Shown here: piece after piece, positions 9,813-19,153 of the stretch
Position numbering within the stretch: the first letter of the stretch is position 1
How the letters are laid out: every line of letters begins with the position of its first letter
IMG/VR virus record: IMGVR_UViG_3300044723_003200
DNA length: 64,000 nt
DNA from: an uncultured virus (IMG/VR IMGVR_UViG_3300044723_003200)
Taxonomy: Duplodnaviria > Heunggongvirae > Uroviricota > Caudoviricetes
Reading direction: 5' to 3' (one strand)
Translations under genes and position numbers: made by a program
Notes under the pieces: generated by a model
Told to the model about the DNA's origin: nothing
What the model saw: only the letters and a program-made list of their open reading frames with translations
Databases searched by the model: none

Positions 9813-10444
9813 TTATTTTGACCGGCCCACAAGGGTCAGGTAATCACTTATTCAGTAAGATCTTTGGTTACCATCCAGATGTACATGGATGGGACTTCGG
9901 TGAGAAGTACTGGATACCCAGTGACGAAGAACCCTTTGCTGAGTGCTGGGTCAATCCTGAGAAGACATCGGAGATGCTGACTGAGAATCTCATGGTCGCG
10001 AATGTCAGTGTCCCGTTTGTCTATGATGGTGTTAAACAAGTACCCAAGATACAAGAAGTGATCTACGAGGCGCAGGATGCTGGGTATATCGTCACGGTCT
10101 GTGTTGTGGTGCGAGAACAGAATATCAACATGGAACAGCAGAAACGAGTGAGAAAGGAGATAACTCTCCCGACTGCACTTGAGTATTATCAGAATCTTAA
10201 ACCAAGATGGGCCCGTGCCAATCAGTGGAATCTTGAGTTTGTCTCGCACGAATCTCTGTACCTATACAAAGGTATGTACTTGAAGTGGTTGTCCGAAAAA
10301 ATAGGGTTCCCTATCGCCTATGACGATCCACGAGTAGAAAGAGACTTGTCGGATAATCAGAATGCCAAGTACGTGAATCACGTACAGCAACACTGGTTGG
10401 ATCAACAGGTATGGAACGGACTGAGGCCTAAAAGTGAAAGGTAA
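9797..10444 (+). CDS. P-loop / sulfotransferase-like protein
   Basis: VILTGPQGSGNHL resembles the sulfotransferase PAPS loop; VVVRE. Confidence 0.5.
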   Translation: MPNKLVILTGPQGSGNHLFSKIFGYHPDVHGWDFGEKYWIPSDEEPFAECWVNPEKTSEMLTENLMVANVSVPFVYDGVKQVPKIQEVIYEAQDAGYIVTVCVVVREQNINMEQQKRVRKEITLPTALEYYQNLKPRWARANQWNLEFVSHESLYLYKGMYLKWLSEKIGFPIAYDDPRVERDLSDNQNAKYVNHVQQHWLDQQVWNGLRPKSER

Positions 10445-11009
10445 ATATTTACTCATGACAGGTGCGCCAGGCAGTCGATGGTCTGGTGTCGCAAATAACA
10501 TATGGAAGTCTTTTGACATTGACCAGAGCGACTATTCTCCTGAGAGAACTTACTCTCATAACAAGACTCGGTTACATAGTGGCGCATACTTCGACCCTAT
10601 GATGGAGTTTGAGTTCGAGACCTCGAACTGGGACAAGCCATTTGATGATAGTGTGCCCCAAGGTGTTCGTCTGATCAAGTCTCACACTCTTGCTACCCAA
10701 CTGGAAAACTACAAGAAGTATCCCATCATCATGGTCTATCGTAATGATTATGAGTGTTGGGAATGGTGGAACGAGTGTGGTGGGTTTGATATTCCGTATC
10801 CCAAGTACGACTGGTATAAGAATCAGGACAACATGTTCGCACAGATTCAGAGACAGAATCAAGGGATAATGACTTTCATCTATAAGAATAAAGACAGAGT
10901 CACAAGGTGTGACAATAATATCGGTGTGCTTGAATTGTTAAAATTGGATTGTTCTGTTGACATAGATAACTATGCAAGCAAGGATGTGAGTGTGTATGTT
11001 TACTTATGA
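10434..11009 (+). CDS. P-loop / sulfotransferase-like hypothetical protein
   Basis: LLMTGAPGSRWS, LIKSH, IMVYRN. Confidence 0.5.
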   Translation: MKGKYLLMTGAPGSRWSGVANNIWKSFDIDQSDYSPERTYSHNKTRLHSGAYFDPMMEFEFETSNWDKPFDDSVPQGVRLIKSHTLATQLENYKKYPIIMVYRNDYECWEWWNECGGFDIPYPKYDWYKNQDNMFAQIQRQNQGIMTFIYKNKDRVTRCDNNIGVLELLKLDCSVDIDNYASKDVSVYVYL

Positions 11010-11556
11010 TAGAGAGTGGTTGCACGACTACTTTACCTACGACTGGCCGTCATCTAGGACGGCAGGATTTGACCGATACTACTGGACTGGGTTCCGACTG
11101 ATCGAAGAGATTCGAGAAGGTGAGACGGTTCTTGATGTTGGATGTGGTATCAACCCATTGAAGCGACACATACCTAATCTGCACGGTATCGACATCACCA
11201 ATATTGGGAGTGACGAACAAGTTGCGATTGAAGACTTCGAGACTGATGAGAAGTATGATGTTGCGCTGGCTCTAGGATCACTGAATTTTGGTGACTACAA
11301 TGTGATCGAAACACAAGTTGAGTCTATGGTGAATGCACTCAAACCGGAGTCCCGTATCTACTGGAGGTGCAATCCGGGCCACAGAGATCATGGTAATAAT
11401 AATGTCGGTAAAGTGCCATTTTTTAATTGGACATTGAAAAATCACCTTGACTTATCTGAACAATTCGGGTATAATATAACAGAATTCATGCCTGATCAAA
11501 ATAGATTTTACGTAAAATGGGAAAGAAAAGATGAAGATATTCGTTCACATCCCTAA
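10990..11556 (+). CDS. Class I SAM-dependent methyltransferase
   Basis: VLDVGCG, GID, YDVALALGS. Confidence 0.85.
   Translation: MCMFTYDREWLHDYFTYDWPSSRTAGFDRYYWTGFRLIEEIREGETVLDVGCGINPLKRHIPNLHGIDITNIGSDEQVAIEDFETDEKYDVALALGSLNFGDYNVIETQVESMVNALKPESRIYWRCNPGHRDHGNNNVGKVPFFNWTLKNHLDLSEQFGYNITEFMPDQNRFYVKWERKDEDIRSHP
11447..11475 (+). promoter_or_regulatory. Intragenic sigma70-like promoter
   Basis: TTGACT-17-TATAAT, 55 nt before ATG 11531. Confidence 0.5.
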
Positions 11557-12214
11557 GAATGGTGGGATGACTATCAGGCGTAATCCAGAATTACGCAAGA
11601 AGTGCTTGATTGCGACACCGGACAATCACATCAGCCCTCGCTACACCAAAGAAATGCATCAGGTCATGAAAGAGAATGGTGAACACGAGGGCAATGAACA
11701 TGCACGGTGGAGAGACTGGAACAAGGACATTCGAGAAAACAATCGTGCGTTTGCTATTGTTCGCAACCCGTGGAGTCGGGTGGTGTCCCGATATGAGTTT
11801 GCGAGAAAAGTAATCTATAGGGAGAAAGAGTCTGATCATTACGGTGAAGAAGACTACATCGATTGTTCATCCTTCGAGGCCTTCCTTGAGACTCGACATG
11901 AGTGGGGTGGTAAGGAGTTCTTCTGGCACCGTGCAATCCGTGGTTGGTATCCTGCCTTCGATTATGTCTCAGATGAGGATGGTAAGGTGAGGTGTGATAT
12001 CCTTCGCTTTGAACACTATAGTGATGATATCAAACTGTATCTGGGCGTACTCTTCAATCCACAACCTCGAAACGTGACGGGTTATAAACAGTCTACATAT
12101 AAAGACTATTATACGGATAAGACAACCCAAATTGTCGCTGACTGGTATCAGAAAGATATTGATCATTGGGGGTTTGATTTTGATACAGAAGCGAAGAGGA
12201 ACTACTGGAAATGA
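11531..12214 (+). CDS. Sulfotransferase (Sulfotransfer_2-like)
   Basis: FVHIPKNGG (5'-PSB), IVRNPWSRVVS (3'-PB), LRFE, YxKD..WGF. Confidence 0.88.
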   Translation: MKIFVHIPKNGGMTIRRNPELRKKCLIATPDNHISPRYTKEMHQVMKENGEHEGNEHARWRDWNKDIRENNRAFAIVRNPWSRVVSRYEFARKVIYREKESDHYGEEDYIDCSSFEAFLETRHEWGGKEFFWHRAIRGWYPAFDYVSDEDGKVRCDILRFEHYSDDIKLYLGVLFNPQPRNVTGYKQSTYKDYYTDKTTQIVADWYQKDIDHWGFDFDTEAKRNYWK

Positions 12215-12810
12215 TGGGGACACAAGTCAATCGGGACGCTCGAAACATCATGGGTCTAATCAAAAAAGACTCTGTTGGAGCTGAAATCGGAGTTTGGTAC
12301 GGGAACTCCTCCAAAGGATTTTTGAAACGGGGCGTGAAGGAACTTCATCTAATTGACGCATGGAGTATTGAACCGTATAAAGAATCCGACGAACACGGCA
12401 CATACGAGAACTATCTTGAACGATACTCAAAGATGTGTGGTGGTGGCACGGAGAAAGACTTTCAACAATATTATGACAATGTCTATGAGGAAGTCAGAAC
12501 TGGTGTCGGAGCAGATAAACGAGTCACTATTCACCGGATGAGTTCCGATCAGTGGTTCGATACTTTCACTGAAAGAAAGTTCGACTGGATCTATGTTGAT
12601 GGTGATCACTCGTATGACGGGTGCTTGCGCGACTTGCGTAATGCACTGAAGGTCGTGAAGTGGGGCGGACTCATACTTGGAGATGACTACAAGTGGGGCG
12701 ATACACGTTGGGGCAAAGACGGTGTGACTCGAGCTGTGGATGAGTTCTGTAGAACTGAAGGTCTATTCAAGAAGCGTCACGGCGACATTCAATTTAGTAT
12801 AGGGGTCTGA
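12211..12810 (+). CDS. Class I SAM methyltransferase (Methyltransf_24-like)
   Basis: AEIGVWYG, IDAW, DWIYVDGDHSY, GGLILGDDY. Confidence 0.88.
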   Translation: MMGTQVNRDARNIMGLIKKDSVGAEIGVWYGNSSKGFLKRGVKELHLIDAWSIEPYKESDEHGTYENYLERYSKMCGGGTEKDFQQYYDNVYEEVRTGVGADKRVTIHRMSSDQWFDTFTERKFDWIYVDGDHSYDGCLRDLRNALKVVKWGGLILGDDYKWGDTRWGKDGVTRAVDEFCRTEGLFKKRHGDIQFSIGV

Positions 12811-12811
12811 T

Positions 12812-13339
12812 GTGCATCCATCGTCAATAGCAAACATGAAGAAGTGTCGAGAACATTTGAAGTTCGAGACCAATGACAATCTCAAGATTCTTGATGTTGG
12901 CGGCCGCGCCTTGACTTTCGAGAAGGACAGGTCTTACCGCCCTATCTGGCAGGACATTGCATCAGAGTATCTAATCGCGGATCTGGAAGCGGGGGTCAAT
13001 GTAGATCTGCCGATGCCAGGCCCATACACAATCCCATTGGAAGATGAGTCTGTTGATTTGGTTGTAAGTGGACAGACTCTTGAACATGTAAAGAATCCTT
13101 TCCGCAGTGTGGCTGAGATGACGCGAGTTCTCAAGACGGGTTGTCATATCATTCTGATTGCACCGTCTACTGGCCCGAGACATGACAGTATCGACTGCTG
13201 GAGGTTCATGGATGACTCCTTCAAAGCAATCGCAGAGGAGTGTGATCTGAAGGTAGTACTGGATTACATAGATAATGGTAATTGGGAACAACGATCCGCA
13301 CGGTGGAAGGATCATGTGTTTATTGGTAAGAAACGATGA
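12812..13339 (+). CDS. Class I SAM methyltransferase (Methyltransf_11-like)
   Basis: ILDVGG, DLVVSGQTLEHV, RVLK.G, DCWRF. Confidence 0.88.
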   Translation: MHPSSIANMKKCREHLKFETNDNLKILDVGGRALTFEKDRSYRPIWQDIASEYLIADLEAGVNVDLPMPGPYTIPLEDESVDLVVSGQTLEHVKNPFRSVAEMTRVLKTGCHIILIAPSTGPRHDSIDCWRFMDDSFKAIAEECDLKVVLDYIDNGNWEQRSARWKDHVFIGKKR

Positions 13340-14676
13340 TTAAACTGGTTCTGTTTGATTTGGACGGTGTTCTGGTTGATACCAAGAAAATTCATTTCGA
13401 GTCATTGAACCACGCATTGGTTGAAAATGGTTATAGTGAACTGGGTGAACACGAACATACCATCAAGTATGACGGTCTGACTACTAAGCGGAAGTTGGAT
13501 ATGATGGGTATTCCAGACGAGTTGCAAGACAAGATCTTCACTGATAAGCAAAACTATACTTGGGTTTCATTGCGTTATGTGAAGCGTAATGAGGATATCT
13601 TAGATCTGTTTTTGCAGTTGAAAGAAGAAGGATATAAGATTGGGGTGTGTTCAAATGCCATCGAAAAGACTGTTGACCATGTACTAGATCGAATGTTATT
13701 GACTCCTTATTTGTCTGTAAAATTGTCAAGTGCTGATGTGTCTAACCCCAAACCTCACCCAGAGATCTACTGGGAAGCGATGTCTAGAGCCGGGGTTCTA
13801 CCTGAAGAGACGGTCATCATCGAAGACTCGCCAACAGGTCTGGAGTCTGCATATCTCTCTGGTGCAAATGTCATCCGAGTATCATCGCCCGAAGAAGTTG
13901 ACATCTTTCTGGTAGATAAGATCAAGGCGGATCGAATCATCAAACCAAAATGGAAGGACGAGAAACTAAATGTCTTGATTCCTATGGCGGGTGCGGGTAG
14001 TCGGTTTGCTGATGCGGGATATACCTTTCCCAAACCACTGATTGATGTCAACGGTAAGCCTATGATTCAGACAGTGGTTGATAACATCGGTATGGATGCC
14101 AACTACATCTTTGTAGTACAGAAGGAACACCGTGAGAAGTACAACCTAGATTCCATGTTGGGATTGATCGCACCCAACTGTAAACTCGTAGAGGTTGATG
14201 GTGTCACAGAAGGGGCTGCATGTACGACTCTGCTTGCAGAAGAGTATATCAACAATGATAACCCGTTGTTCATCGCCAACTCTGATCAGTATGCTGATTG
14301 GAGTTCTCTGGATTTCATGTATAAGATGAACGAATACAATGCTGACGGTGGCATTGTTACTTTCAAAGCAACACATCCCAAGTGGTCGTATGCAAAGGCT
14401 GACGATCAAGGATTGGTTACTAAGGTCGCAGAGAAAAATCCTATCAGCGACAATGCGACTGTGGGGTTCTACTATTGGAAACGTGGAAGTGACTATGTGA
14501 AGTATGCGAACCAGATGATTGAATCTGATGAGAGGGTCAACGGTGAGTTCTATGTCTGTCCCGTATTCAATCAGGCCATTGAAGACAACAAGAAAATTCA
14601 TATGTATGAAGCGGAACAGATGTGGGGATTAGGGACTCCTGAAGATCTGGAAAGATACCTATTCTCTACTGGATAG
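13336..14676 (+). CDS. HAD phosphatase fused to sugar-phosphate nucleotidyltransferase
   Basis: N-term FDLDGVL, KPHPEIY, IEDS; C-term LIPMAGAGSRF..GY..PKPLI, EK, GLGTPEDL. Confidence 0.88.
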   Translation: MIKLVLFDLDGVLVDTKKIHFESLNHALVENGYSELGEHEHTIKYDGLTTKRKLDMMGIPDELQDKIFTDKQNYTWVSLRYVKRNEDILDLFLQLKEEGYKIGVCSNAIEKTVDHVLDRMLLTPYLSVKLSSADVSNPKPHPEIYWEAMSRAGVLPEETVIIEDSPTGLESAYLSGANVIRVSSPEEVDIFLVDKIKADRIIKPKWKDEKLNVLIPMAGAGSRFADAGYTFPKPLIDVNGKPMIQTVVDNIGMDANYIFVVQKEHREKYNLDSMLGLIAPNCKLVEVDGVTEGAACTTLLAEEYINNDNPLFIANSDQYADWSSLDFMYKMNEYNADGGIVTFKATHPKWSYAKADDQGLVTKVAEKNPISDNATVGFYYWKRGSDYVKYANQMIESDERVNGEFYVCPVFNQAIEDNKKIHMYEAEQMWGLGTPEDLERYLFSTG

Positions 14677-14679
14677 TAT

Positions 14680-15513
14680 ATGAAGGTTGCACTATGTTTA
14701 TCTGGTAGGTGGAACGAACACTGCCATCCCAAGTGGATAGAGCGTACTCAGAAACATGTGCCTCACGACAAGACTTACACCGGAACGTGGAGTAATCAAA
14801 TATATGGTCTCTATGGTGAGGTAAACATGAAACAGGTCGGGTTCTCACCCGACTTCTACTTTGATGAACCCAAGAATGAGTATCATCCTGTCTTTGATAC
14901 TGAAGCCTATCCTGATTCTGCTAGTGAGTTACGACGAGATATTTTTCCTCATATGTTGGAGAGGGAGAGAATATCTAAGATGCGGTATGCTGTCGGACTG
15001 GATGATACCGTATATACCAACAGTCAACTAGTACACGCACACGCATGTGCGAACTGGCACAAACAACTCTTGATCCATAACGAGATGATGAAGTCTATAC
15101 CTGATGAGTATGACATGATCATCCGTACTCGTTTTGATGTGGTGGTCTCAGATCAGATTCCGTGGGGTGAATTGATCCAAGAATCATATGATAAAGATAT
15201 GCCTATTGGATTCAACTGCATGAACTACTATGGCACCCACAAGTTTAACGAACTAAAACCGATGGGTAAGGAAACCACCTACTACATCAATGATGCCCTG
15301 ATCATCCACCCCAGAGATTGCTGGGATACCGATTTAGTGGATTCTCTATATAAGAACAAAGAACTAAAGAGTGCAGAAGAGGGTTGGTATCAAATACTAT
15401 CTGAGCCCTTTGGATATTATCATAAGAGTTATCATGGTGGTTGTTATTTGTCTGCTCGATGGGAGTATGTGAAAGATGTTGACCAAAGCCTTCATAATCA
15501 GTCTAGTAAATAA
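14680..15513 (+). CDS. Hypothetical glycan-related protein
   Basis: MKVALCLSG, YDMIIRTRFD, IND; shares motifs with 6867-7736. Confidence 0.55.
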   Translation: MKVALCLSGRWNEHCHPKWIERTQKHVPHDKTYTGTWSNQIYGLYGEVNMKQVGFSPDFYFDEPKNEYHPVFDTEAYPDSASELRRDIFPHMLERERISKMRYAVGLDDTVYTNSQLVHAHACANWHKQLLIHNEMMKSIPDEYDMIIRTRFDVVVSDQIPWGELIQESYDKDMPIGFNCMNYYGTHKFNELKPMGKETTYYINDALIIHPRDCWDTDLVDSLYKNKELKSAEEGWYQILSEPFGYYHKSYHGGCYLSARWEYVKDVDQSLHNQSSK

Positions 15514-16195
15514 TCACGAGGCGACTGTCGCCACACGGATGGTTATTGAGTCTATCAAAAAGACCAAGTCTGAACTAGAACCGATCATACTACCCGCGAC
15601 TATCCCCTCGACTATTGATGAGGGTCTGAAGTGTCTGGATATGCCCGAGACGAGGTGGACGTACCCGATCAAGCCAGAACAAGACGGTCTTGATCTCAAC
15701 ACGGGTCTACATCTTCGTCATTATGAAACTAAGAATCATGCCAATCGTGTGGCGTGTATGATCTCCCACATGAGATGCTGGAAGATGTGTGCTGAGGGCA
15801 ATGATCCAATTGTTGTCCTAGAACATGACGCCTTGTTCACTAGAAAGTTTGCGACAAGTGACTTGACAGATCAATGGAAGGGTGGTATAATAGGTCTCAA
15901 TGATCCACGAGGTGCAACTCGAAGATCGGATGTATTTCATAACAAGGTGAGCTCTCAGATGGGAGTTCAGCCTGTACCGGATGTTGATACGTGGGAGGTT
16001 CCCCAAGGATTGGCAGGTAACTCTGCATATCTGATATCACCCAATGCGGCAAAGAAATTACTAAATAAGGTCAAAGAGATTGGCATGTGGCCTAACGATG
16101 CACTGATGTGTAAACAACTGTTTCCTTGGTTACGAGTAGTTTACCCATACTACACCACAATACAACGAGGGTTGAAATCAACCACAACGAAATGA
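15476..16195 (+). CDS. Glycosyltransferase family 25-like
   Basis: AFIISL, ACMISH..W, VLEHDA, AYLISP.AAKKLL. Confidence 0.82.
   Translation: MLTKAFIISLVNNHEATVATRMVIESIKKTKSELEPIILPATIPSTIDEGLKCLDMPETRWTYPIKPEQDGLDLNTGLHLRHYETKNHANRVACMISHMRCWKMCAEGNDPIVVLEHDALFTRKFATSDLTDQWKGGIIGLNDPRGATRRSDVFHNKVSSQMGVQPVPDVDTWEVPQGLAGNSAYLISPNAAKKLLNKVKEIGMWPNDALMCKQLFPWLRVVYPYYTTIQRGLKSTTTK
15863..15891 (+). promoter_or_regulatory. Intragenic consensus sigma70 promoter
   Basis: TTGACA-17-TATAAT with extended TG. Confidence 0.55.
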
Positions 16196-16392
16196 TAGAA
16201 AATAATAACACAATACCTCCGGTATCACATCTGCCCCGTATGTCAGATCAGACATATACGGTTGAACGGGTAAATCGTGCGCCTGACGGACAACACAAGA
16301 TTCAACAAACGACTTATACCGTGACTACATATGATCATAACGGGAAAATAACCACCACCACAAATTCGAGTCAAGTAAACTTTTTGGTATGA
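16192..16392 (+). CDS. Small hypothetical protein (66 aa)
   Basis: ATGA overlaps at both ends, fills the gap between two GT25 genes. Confidence 0.65.
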   Translation: MIENNNTIPPVSHLPRMSDQTYTVERVNRAPDGQHKIQQTTYTVTTYDHNGKITTTTNSSQVNFLV

Positions 16393-17036
16393 AAGCGTTT
16401 GTAATCGGTATAGCAGATAATGAAAAATCTCTACGTGCAGCGGAGAGATGTATGTGGAGTGGTGATCGTGTCGGCGCAAAGATCCGAATGTTCAATGCCG
16501 TTACTCCCAAGAATGATCCGGTATCGATGTTGGAGAAAGAGGGTATCGATCCCGATAGATTTGACGAGGTATACTCTCGCAACCTAAACTGTATGGCTGC
16601 ATTCCTCTCGCACTACACTCTGTGGAAACAGTGTGCCGAGGGAACGGATACCTTTGCCATCTTTGAACATGATGCCATCTTGGATAATCCGATTCCTAGT
16701 GTTCACTTCCGATACGTGATGAACATTGGTGCGCCGTCATATGGTAAGTGGAATACTCCTAGTCTCATGGGGGTCAATCCTCTCACCACCAAGAGATACT
16801 TTCCGGGCGCTCATGCGTACATGGTCACTCCGGCTGGTGCCCAACTATTGGTAGAGAATGCTGGTCTGTATGCGAAACCAACTGATGTGTACATGCATCT
16901 AGATACCTTCCCTTGGTTACAAGAGTATTATCCCTTTGTTGCTCGTGCAGATGATAGTTTCACCACGATCCAAGTAGAACGAGGATGCCTCGCCAAACAC
17001 AACTATAAAGATGGGTATGCGATAATCGATGTCTAA
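16389..17036 (+). CDS. Glycosyltransferase family 25-like
   Basis: FNAV, FLSHYTLW, IFEHDA, GAHAYMVTP.GA..L. Confidence 0.82.
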   Translation: MKAFVIGIADNEKSLRAAERCMWSGDRVGAKIRMFNAVTPKNDPVSMLEKEGIDPDRFDEVYSRNLNCMAAFLSHYTLWKQCAEGTDTFAIFEHDAILDNPIPSVHFRYVMNIGAPSYGKWNTPSLMGVNPLTTKRYFPGAHAYMVTPAGAQLLVENAGLYAKPTDVYMHLDTFPWLQEYYPFVARADDSFTTIQVERGCLAKHNYKDGYAIIDV

Positions 17037-17682
17037 TATATTTCTGACAGGTTGTGATGTCAATACTGAGTGGCAGTTACCTTGGTTCATTGAGAAGTAC
17101 AAGGCTCATAACAGTACTCCAATAGTATGTGCTGACTTCGGTATGAGTAGTGAAGGCCTTGAGTTCGCGGAGAGCAATTTCAATCTAGTGATTGAGGTCA
17201 AGAGTACAGCAAAAGGATGGTTCAAGAAACCTCGTGCTATCCTAGATGCCTCCAGACTTGATGGTGTAGAGAAGACCTGTTGGATTGATACCGACTGTGA
17301 GGTAACATCGGACATCTCTGAGATATTCAAGTTATCGGATCAAGGTCGATTGGGTATGGTCAAAGACAGACCATGGTCTGCTCGCAGAAACGATCTGGGT
17401 GACTGGTATAACTCTGGTGTGGTATTGGTTGAGGATACACCGAACATACTACGAGCATGGGCTGACGAGTGTATTCGTGATCCTGTACAGGGAGACCAAG
17501 AAGTATTGTATCTAATGATGGGTGGTGATGAGTTGAAGAAATTGACATGTATCAATCCTCTTCCGCACACATATAATACCTTACGACTAGACTACATAGA
17601 TGGTATAGATGTAAAGAATCCTAAGATCATACATCATACTGGGATGAAGGGAAAGAAAACCATAAGGAAACAAATGACATGA
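17029..17682 (+). CDS. GT-A fold glycosyltransferase (GT8-like)
   Basis: WFKKP, WIDTD, YNSGV, GDQEVL, YN, IIHHTG. Confidence 0.78.
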   Translation: MSNIFLTGCDVNTEWQLPWFIEKYKAHNSTPIVCADFGMSSEGLEFAESNFNLVIEVKSTAKGWFKKPRAILDASRLDGVEKTCWIDTDCEVTSDISEIFKLSDQGRLGMVKDRPWSARRNDLGDWYNSGVVLVEDTPNILRAWADECIRDPVQGDQEVLYLMMGGDELKKLTCINPLPHTYNTLRLDYIDGIDVKNPKIIHHTGMKGKKTIRKQMT

Positions 17683-17876
17683 ATTTTTTACTGGCAGCAC
17701 TTGAGAAGAAACTTGAAGGTGAAGTTGCGATGGCAAAGGCGAACATTCAAGTGTATATACAGAACGCAGCTGGTATTGGGGAACACCCTGATATCGTAGA
17801 GGCTGTGGAGACTCAGGTGGCGAAGATTGCTGAGGCAGAGGATAAACTTGGTGTTATTAGGGTGTTAGATGTTTGA
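17679..17876 (+). CDS. Small conserved phage protein
   Basis: GIGEHPDIVE motif recalled from T4-like marine phages; coupled overlaps. Confidence 0.65.
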   Translation: MNFLLAALEKKLEGEVAMAKANIQVYIQNAAGIGEHPDIVEAVETQVAKIAEAEDKLGVIRVLDV

Positions 17877-18279
17877 GTATCGTTGCATTGTTCGTAGAGT
17901 CGTTGACGGTGACACAGTAGACGTTGACATCGACTTAGGATTTGGTGTGTGGATGCAAAACCAACGTATTCGTATGTATGGTATCGACACGCCGGAATCT
18001 CGTACTCGTGATCTTGAAGAAAAGAAGTATGGTCTGGCTGCAAAGGACTTTTTGATTGGACTGTTAGATGATCCTAACGGGATCACGTTGAAGACCCATA
18101 AAGACGGTAAGGGTAAGTTTGGTCGTATCCTTGGTGAACTCTGGCGAACCACAAACTACGCTGACAAGTCCGTCAATGAGTACATGATTGAGAAACACCA
18201 TGCGGTGCGTTACATGGGTCAATCTAAGGATGACATCGAAGAACAACATCTTGAGAATAGGGAACTTGTGCAGTTATGA
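17869..18279 (+). CDS. Thermonuclease (SNase-like)
   Basis: VVDGDTV, RIRMYGIDTPES, GKFGRIL. Confidence 0.88.
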   Translation: MFEYRCIVRRVVDGDTVDVDIDLGFGVWMQNQRIRMYGIDTPESRTRDLEEKKYGLAAKDFLIGLLDDPNGITLKTHKDGKGKFGRILGELWRTTNYADKSVNEYMIEKHHAVRYMGQSKDDIEEQHLENRELVQL

Positions 18280-18908
18280 GAGTGAATGTTCTGGGTAACG
18301 GTCACAATGCTGGTATCTTCAAGCGAGGCACGGCCGGTAAACTATTAATTTGCAATATGCCTCCTTTTGCCATTCCAAGGAACGAAGTCTATGCTACTTG
18401 CATGGTAGACTTCAAGATGATGAAGGCATTGCAGGAAGGACATATTCAACTAGACATGTATGACTGGATTCTAGGCACCAGACCCAAGGTCTGGATGGAA
18501 AAGTCTGGAACATTCTACATGAGGTATTCGCATCTGATCAAGGGATTCTATGAATACATCCCCAAGTACGCAGCGGTGAATGGTGATGTGCGTATGGCTG
18601 CGACCAACTTCAACTGTGGTCACATGGCAGTTCATTATGCGTGTAACAAGATGAAGGCCGAAGAAGTTCACATCTATGGATTCGACAGCATCTTTGATAT
18701 GAACCTAGAGAGTTTTACCGATCTATTGTTAGAGAGTGATCGGTCTACACCAAACACGGTGAGACTGGCAAACAATTGGAGACCTATCTGGACTAATATG
18801 TTCAATGAGTTTCCGAACACAAAGTTTGTCTTACATCACTCTCATGACAATATCAAGATTGAGATCCCCGAAAATGTCGAGATCTCAGTAGCCCGTAAAG
18901 TTGCATAG
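18276..18908 (+). CDS. Hypothetical protein, possible sialyltransferase/Maf-like fold
   Basis: VLGNG, ICN, N.G..A, EVHIYGFD. Confidence 0.5.
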   Translation: MRVNVLGNGHNAGIFKRGTAGKLLICNMPPFAIPRNEVYATCMVDFKMMKALQEGHIQLDMYDWILGTRPKVWMEKSGTFYMRYSHLIKGFYEYIPKYAAVNGDVRMAATNFNCGHMAVHYACNKMKAEEVHIYGFDSIFDMNLESFTDLLLESDRSTPNTVRLANNWRPIWTNMFNEFPNTKFVLHHSHDNIKIEIPENVEISVARKVA

Positions 18909-18916
18909 GAGGAGTT

Positions 18917-19117
18917 ATGGACTGGAAACTAAAACTTAGAGTACTGTGGGACAGTTTCTTGGATTTTTGGGACGGTTGGAAATATGAACTGGGGTTGATC
19001 CTCGGCGCATTTGAAGTCGTGATTGGTGTCTACTACAATGCGCCTTTCAGTTTCTTGGCAGGAGCAGTTCTCATGTTTCTGACGGCCAATACCGTCTGGG
19101 AAAAACGAGATATGTAA
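18917..19117 (+). CDS. Small membrane protein
   Basis: AGGAGG RBS; two hydrophobic segments. Confidence 0.6.
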   Translation: MDWKLKLRVLWDSFLDFWDGWKYELGLILGAFEVVIGVYYNAPFSFLAGAVLMFLTANTVWEKRDM

Positions 19118-19124
19118 AAGGAAC

Positions 19125-19153
19125 GAGGAGAGCTAGTCTCTCCTCTTCTTTTC
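19125..19153 (+). terminator. Hairpin terminator at convergent gene junction
   Basis: GAGGAGAG-CTAGT-CTCTCCTC stem followed by a T-rich tract. Confidence 0.55.
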
